Below are positions 59,461 through 64,000 of a stretch of 64,000 bases of DNA, one piece after another. Source of the DNA: Candidatus Latescibacterota bacterium (GTDB lineage: Bacteria > Latescibacterota > UBA2968 > UBA8231). The stretch's first letter is position 1. Each line of letters begins with the position of its first letter. Under the pieces are notes generated by a model. That model did no database searches. It was not told the origin of the DNA and saw only the letters and a list, made by a program, of their open reading frames with translations. Both the position numbers and the translations under genes were made by a program. The stretch lies in contig CBDFJF010000001.1 in the NCBI GenBank assembly GCA_965248265.1, positions 2,176,001-2,240,000 on the forward strand, given 5' to 3'.

Positions 59461-60648
59461 ATGAACAGCGATGATCATCTCAACGCCTTCTGCACGGATT
59501 CAGACGCCTATCTCCCAGGCGCCGCATCAGGCCCGCTGAGTGGTCTCCGCTTCGCTGCCAAGGACATTTTCGATGTGGCCGGCCACTTAACTGGCGGCGG
59601 CAATCCAGATTGGAAAGCAACCCACGACAGAGCCGAGCACACAGCATGGGCGGTGCAGGTCCTCGTCAATGCCGGCGCGACCATGGTCGGCAAGACCCAC
59701 ACGGACGAGCTCACTCGCGGACTGTTTGGAGAAAACGCCCACTACGGAACGCCGGTCAATCCGCGTGCCCCCGGACGTGTCCCGGGCGGCTCCTCCAGTG
59801 GGTCTGCCGCGGCCGTCGCCGGCGGCCTGGTCGACTTCGCCCTGGGCTCGGACACTGGAGGATCGGTGCGGGTACCGGCCAGCTTTTGCGGACTCTTCGG
59901 CATGCGCCCGACGCACGGACGCATCTCGCTGGATGGTGTGCTGATCAGTGCCCCCGACTACGATACGGTAGGCTGGTTCGCCCGTGATGCCGCCTTGTTT
60001 TCACGCGTTGGAGAAATCCTGCTGCAGACCAGCATCGGTGCCCCATTTCGCCCCGAACGCGTCGTCATCGCCGATGACGCTTTCGAAGCAGTGGACGATG
60101 AGGTCGCAAGCGTGTTGCGGCCGTTGGCCGACACCGTGGCTGGAATGGTCGCGAACCCCACGCACGTACGACTCTCACCGTCGGGAACCGCCGACTGGCC
60201 CTGGCAGCAAGGCGTGCTGGCTGGACGACAGTCACTGGCGTCCGTGCAGGAATGGATAGATCGCGTCAACCCGCGATTCGGATTTGAAGTAGCCCAGCGA
60301 TACACCGGCGCCATGGCTTGGAGCGATGCCGATGTCCACAAAGCAGAAACAGCGCGCCACGCAATTCTCACCCGCATGAGCGAGGTACTCACGGACGGCG
60401 CAGTCCTTTGCCTGCCAACCTGTCCCGCCCCGGCACCTGAAATGGGCCAGAGCCTGGGTGAGCGACGGACTTGCCGAGAGCGCATACTCGCTCTCACCTG
60501 CATCGCCGGCACCACAGGCTCGCCCCAGATCAGCCTGCCCCTGGCCGAGGTCAACGGACTCCCGGTAGGGTTGTCCCTCATCGGTGGCCGCGGCGCGGAC
60601 GAGTTGCTTATTGGATTCGCCGAAGAGATTGCGCAGCAGTTGTTATAG
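59461..60648 (+). CDS. Amidase signature family protein
   Basis: AAKDIFD, GKTHTDE, PGGSSSGSAAAV, GSDTGGSVRVPASFCG. Confidence 0.93.
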   Translation: MNSDDHLNAFCTDSDAYLPGAASGPLSGLRFAAKDIFDVAGHLTGGGNPDWKATHDRAEHTAWAVQVLVNAGATMVGKTHTDELTRGLFGENAHYGTPVNPRAPGRVPGGSSSGSAAAVAGGLVDFALGSDTGGSVRVPASFCGLFGMRPTHGRISLDGVLISAPDYDTVGWFARDAALFSRVGEILLQTSIGAPFRPERVVIADDAFEAVDDEVASVLRPLADTVAGMVANPTHVRLSPSGTADWPWQQGVLAGRQSLASVQEWIDRVNPRFGFEVAQRYTGAMAWSDADVHKAETARHAILTRMSEVLTDGAVLCLPTCPAPAPEMGQSLGERRTCRERILALTCIAGTTGSPQISLPLAEVNGLPVGLSLIGGRGADELLIGFAEEIAQQLL

Positions 60649-60675
60649 CTACTGCAATTTCGTCAACCTAACCAG

Positions 60676-61515
60676 TTAGTTTTCGCAAAACTCACTGAGG
60701 GAATCTCCACAGGCCGTCCGTATTTTCTCCAGCGCTGTGTTGCGAATCTGTCTGGTTCTTTCCCTGGTCACCCCGAGGAGGACACCGATCTTCTCCAGAT
60801 TCATTGGCCTGTCACCTTCGAGCCCGTAATGGAGCCGAAGGATGCGGGCTTCGCGTTCATCGAGCGTTCGCAGAGAGCCGTGAACCTCATCCATCATGGC
60901 CTTTCGATCGTAGTCGGCGTCCACGTCATCCGTGGACGCGAGCATGGAGACCCAGCTGACGTCGCTGCTGCGTTCATCCACAGGGGCATCCAAGGAGACC
61001 TCCGGCCGGGACGCGCCAAGTGCATGCGCGGCCCTGTCCGGAGTGAAACCCAGCTCTTCAGACACAGACTCAAACGTCGAGCCTTGCGTAGGCAGTTCCG
61101 CCTGTTCGTCAGCTTTGTTGCGGATCTTCTTGAAATCCTCCCATTGCTTCGCCGAAAAACCAGTTACACGTCGCCGTCGCCGCAAGGCGTTGTGGATCGC
61201 CTGCCTGATCCACCAAACGGCGTAGGTGATGAACTTGTATCCTCGATTTTCGTCGAAACGTTCGGCCGCCTTGAACAGCCCTTCGTTGCCCTCCGACACC
61301 AATTCAGGGAGAGAAAGACCGCGACCCACGTATTTTCTGGCCACGGACACGACGAATTTCAGATTCGCTTGAATCAGTTCATTGCGCGCCTCATTGTCGC
61401 CACTGCGGATCCGAGCCGCCAGTTCAGCCTCACGTCTCTTGGTAAGCGGCTCATACTTTTCGATGCTGTTCCGATAAGAATGTAGTAGAGTGTGCTCCAA
61501 TATCGCGCCGCTCAT
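60676..61515 (-). CDS. RNA polymerase sigma70 factor, RpoD/RpoS-like without region 1.1 (alternative sigma)
   Basis: LIQANLKFVVSVARKY, EGNEGLFKAAERFD, KFITYAVWWIRQAI, SLDAPV, GVTRERTRQI. Confidence 0.92.
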   Translation of the reverse strand: MSGAILEHTLLHSYRNSIEKYEPLTKRREAELAARIRSGDNEARNELIQANLKFVVSVARKYVGRGLSLPELVSEGNEGLFKAAERFDENRGYKFITYAVWWIRQAIHNALRRRRRVTGFSAKQWEDFKKIRNKADEQAELPTQGSTFESVSEELGFTPDRAAHALGASRPEVSLDAPVDERSSDVSWVSMLASTDDVDADYDRKAMMDEVHGSLRTLDEREARILRLHYGLEGDRPMNLEKIGVLLGVTRERTRQIRNTALEKIRTACGDSLSEFCEN

Positions 61516-61603
61516 TCTCCGTCTCCTTTAAAGCGCATGTTGGAATAGTCAGGACTGCGACCATCTATTTTCGATTGCCCCTACGAGTTATGTCGCTGAA
61601 ATT

Positions 61604-61620
61604 CGCAATTGCCGTGCCAC
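61604..61620 (-). promoter_or_regulatory. sigma54 promoter upstream of the sigma70 gene
   Basis: Minus strand TGGCAC-GGCAA-TTGCG. Confidence 0.7.
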
Positions 61621-61865
61621 TTTCTCATGATGATCCTTTACTTATTGTTTATACCACGCTTACGGGATTCACGATGAGCTACAGTGCACTCGGCCGCAGT
61701 CTTATACAGCCAATAGTGACACCCTTTACCCAGTTCGACTGCCAATATGGCACAGCAAGCGACGTGCGGGAGGATCACAGACCTCGGGCCCGTTTTTGAC
61801 ACCGACTTGTAGCGCCGCTCAGGACTCCCAGCTCAAAGCTTGCGGCGTGTATCGAACACAGTACA

Positions 61866-62297
61866 TTGACGGCGTGTAAGTGCGAAGATCGCACTCCCCC
61901 TCTCCCCTCAAGCGGATTCAAGGCATTGGAAATCGTCGCAACCATAGGCGCGTTGGTCATGATCGTCGCGGTCGTAGTCGCGAAGGTGGCCACCCACGGA
62001 ATCGTCGAGCGTATGAAACGTGGCATTGCCAATGTCGACTCGGAGAAGAGCAGGATTCTGAACGAACTCAAGGTCGCCCGTTCCAAGAAGAACATCGGCG
62101 CCGCCAACCAAAAGAAGCTTGAATTGAAGAAGACGAAGGTCCAGGGCAAGATCAGCCGCCTGAAGCAGGAGCTTCAATCAAAAAAGGGAGAAGCCGAACA
62201 GCGCCAGCAGGTTCGCGACGCCGCCCGCGGCAAGCTGATCCGGCCCACGCGCGCAGGTCCCATTGAAGAAGCGGGAGCCGTCGAAGAAGGGGAATAG
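61866..62297 (+). CDS. Hypothetical membrane-anchored, Lys-rich coiled-coil protein
   Basis: One TM segment (IVATIGALVMIVAVVV) then a basic helical region; true start probably near 61927. Confidence 0.6.
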   Translation: MTACKCEDRTPPLPSSGFKALEIVATIGALVMIVAVVVAKVATHGIVERMKRGIANVDSEKSRILNELKVARSKKNIGAANQKKLELKKTKVQGKISRLKQELQSKKGEAEQRQQVRDAARGKLIRPTRAGPIEEAGAVEEGE

Positions 62298-62486
62298 AGC
62301 GACCTCGACACGGTAGCTTCGCGGACTTGCGCAACAGCGCCGCATGTTGACGCTCCTGCTCCTCTCCCACTGGAGCAGTGTCAGATTCGCATTCAGACGT
62401 GCCGACCTCGCACCGTTTATGCCCCAGCTGAGCCATACTGGCAGCCGGCGGCGGAATTCCATTGCCGCCAGTCAGAGAATCCGCGT

Positions 62487-62523
62487 TGGCACAGCCTTTG
62501 CAATGTCACTGAGCGATTGCTAA
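62487..62523 (+). promoter_or_regulatory. sigma54 promoter overlapped by a CIRCE-like inverted repeat
   Basis: TGGCAC-AGCCT-TTGCA (62487-62502); TTTGCAATG-N9-GATTGCTAA (62497-62523). Confidence 0.65.
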
Positions 62524-62556
62524 AAACTCGTCAACCATCATCAAGGAGAAATGACA

Positions 62557-62994
62557 ATGGCACTCGTTCGATGGCAACCCAGCAGATCCTTCGGTTTCGG
62601 CCGCGAGGTCGACCGGCTCTTCGACCACTTTTGGGGTGGCGTCCCGACCGGCGACGGCACGGAGCCAACCTGGTCTCCGTCCGTCGATGTTGCGGAAGGT
62701 GATGACTCCATCGTCGTCACCGCCGAACTACCCGGAGTAAAATCAGAGGACGTAAAAGTAACAGTCGAGGACAACGTCCTGACGATTGAAGGCGAAAAGA
62801 AGAAGGAGAGTGAGTCCGGAGAGGGAAGGACTCACAGAGTGGAGCGCTCCTACGGACGGTTCGTGCGCTCCTTCAGGCTACCCGCGGTGGACGCGGACAG
62901 TATCTCGGCTTCCTACAGCGAGGGCATCCTGAAGGTCTCGCTACCCAAACCTGAGACTGCCAAGCCGAAGCAGATCAGCGTCAGCGTGAACTAA
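62557..62994 (+). CDS. Hsp20/alpha-crystallin small heat shock protein
   Basis: MALVRW, PSVDVAE, AELPGV, VLTIEGEK, ERSYGRFVRSFRLP, GILKVSLPK; AGGAG RBS. Confidence 0.95.
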   Translation: MALVRWQPSRSFGFGREVDRLFDHFWGGVPTGDGTEPTWSPSVDVAEGDDSIVVTAELPGVKSEDVKVTVEDNVLTIEGEKKKESESGEGRTHRVERSYGRFVRSFRLPAVDADSISASYSEGILKVSLPKPETAKPKQISVSVN

Positions 62995-63037
62995 ACTCAG
63001 GGCCACGGATTCCACTACCCCGGTTCTGACAAATGAG

Positions 63038-63081
63038 AAAAAAGGGGCTGAGCGTCCAACGGACGCTTGGCCCTTTCGTTT
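63038..63081. terminator. Probably bidirectional terminator between convergent genes
   Basis: A-run, GGGGCTGAGCGTCC-AAC-GGACGCTTGGCCCT, then TTCGTTT. Confidence 0.7.
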
Positions 63082-63087
63082 GCGCTA

Positions 63088-63909
63088 CTAGCCTTGGCCC
63101 TCGCGCATGAGGACCTCTTCAGCGCTGTCCCTTGGGATATACCCCAGCGCAAGCCGCGCATGTTCCAGATCGACCCAACGCCAACGGTTATTGGATACTC
63201 CGTAGAAAATATCAAACCGCATGTCCGCGGGCGCTTCGATCGAACGCTCGATGAGTTGTACCACGTCCCTTTGACTGCACCAGACAGCCCCGCTTTCCGG
63301 CTTTTGGGGAGTGTCTTCGGCGTTGACCCATCCAATGCGCAGGCAGATGACGGACATGCCATGCACATCCGATGCGTAGCGAGCCAGTGCCTCACCCCAG
63401 ATTTTCGTGGCCGGATAAAGACCCGTTGGCCGGTGCGGCCACTCATGGGTCACGGTGTGAATCTCCTCCCCTTTCAGCTCCTCGAAACGCCCCTCTGACA
63501 GGGCCTTGTATGGCTCATCGAGTTGGTATCCCCACGAAACCATGATCGAACTCGCGTACACGACCCGCGGCACGCCCGCTCTCACGGACGCCTCGAAGAC
63601 GTTGCGGACGCCGATGATGTTGCTGTTCAGTAAGCTCTCCCAGGACGCTTCGGGCCTCGGGTCGGCTGCCATCTGAACGACGACATCCATTCCCTGCACG
63701 GCTTTCTCGACGGCCGCGAGATCTGACAGGTCAGCCAGCACCAGACGCTCAGAAGGGATATCCAACTGCAATGCCTGTGGCGCACGCTCCGACGGAACCT
63801 GCCTTCTGGCAAGGGCGTACACCTCGTACTCACTCCGAGCCCCAAGCTCGCGGTAGGCGGCACCCCCGATCAGTCCATAGACACCCGTAACCAGAACCTT
63901 CTTGGCCAT
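63088..63909 (-). CDS. NAD(P)-dependent epimerase/dehydrogenase (uronate dehydrogenase-like)
   Basis: VLVTGVYGLIG, VVYASS, YPATKIWGE, CLRIG, WCSQRD, YGVSNN. Confidence 0.85.
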   Translation of the reverse strand: MAKKVLVTGVYGLIGGAAYRELGARSEYEVYALARRQVPSERAPQALQLDIPSERLVLADLSDLAAVEKAVQGMDVVVQMAADPRPEASWESLLNSNIIGVRNVFEASVRAGVPRVVYASSIMVSWGYQLDEPYKALSEGRFEELKGEEIHTVTHEWPHRPTGLYPATKIWGEALARYASDVHGMSVICLRIGWVNAEDTPQKPESGAVWCSQRDVVQLIERSIEAPADMRFDIFYGVSNNRWRWVDLEHARLALGYIPRDSAEEVLMREGQG

Positions 63910-64000
63910 CACGTTCCTTCCATGCTCACCGCTGTGTGCTGGAACCATCGGCGGATGCGGCTCACAAAGCTCATCCGTCTCCAGTCGATATTCCCCCATC

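Noticed and set aside
63909-64000. N-terminal extension of the last dehydrogenase
   Set aside because: More likely the 3' end of an upstream gene in another frame (TGATG overlap); too short to identify.

Overview
High-GC bacterial chromosomal window; gene style suggests an FCB-group or Latescibacterota-like organism, which is inference only. Positions 1-39 kb are mostly core and accessory genes: prkA/yeaG-yeaH behind a sigma54-like promoter, a PAS-kinase/NarL two-component locus with repeated candidate operators and a possible GGA-rich sRNA, selB, a YciO/TsaC protein, a long SppA, a Tat/YxxP-leader small peptide, a type III PKS-methyltransferase-FAD oxidoreductase cluster headed by a UbiA-SRPBCC fusion, a tandem double UvrA, a DUF2723 (TMEM260-like) glycosyltransferase, namZ, a DD-carboxypeptidase, rlmH and tRNA-Val(GAC). 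Directly after the tRNA lies a ~20 kb glycosylation island, closed at its far end by a 15-nt exact copy of the tRNA anticodon arm. It encodes an archaeal AglB-like STT3 oligosaccharyltransferase with an altered WWDYG motif (AWDFG), a PglK-like ABC flippase, a WecA-type initiating transferase and, most notably, adjacent homologues of eukaryotic ALG1 (GT33) and ALG11-like mannosyltransferases, plus GT10, GT2s, FkbM methyltransferases and a GDP-mannose 3,5-epimerase-like enzyme. This is a candidate eukaryote/archaea-like protein N-glycosylation system in a bacterium. The right end holds an amidase, an alternative sigma70 and an Hsp20 gene (both with sigma54 promoters) and an NAD-dependent dehydrogenase. 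All calls come from reading motifs by eye; no database searches were run.
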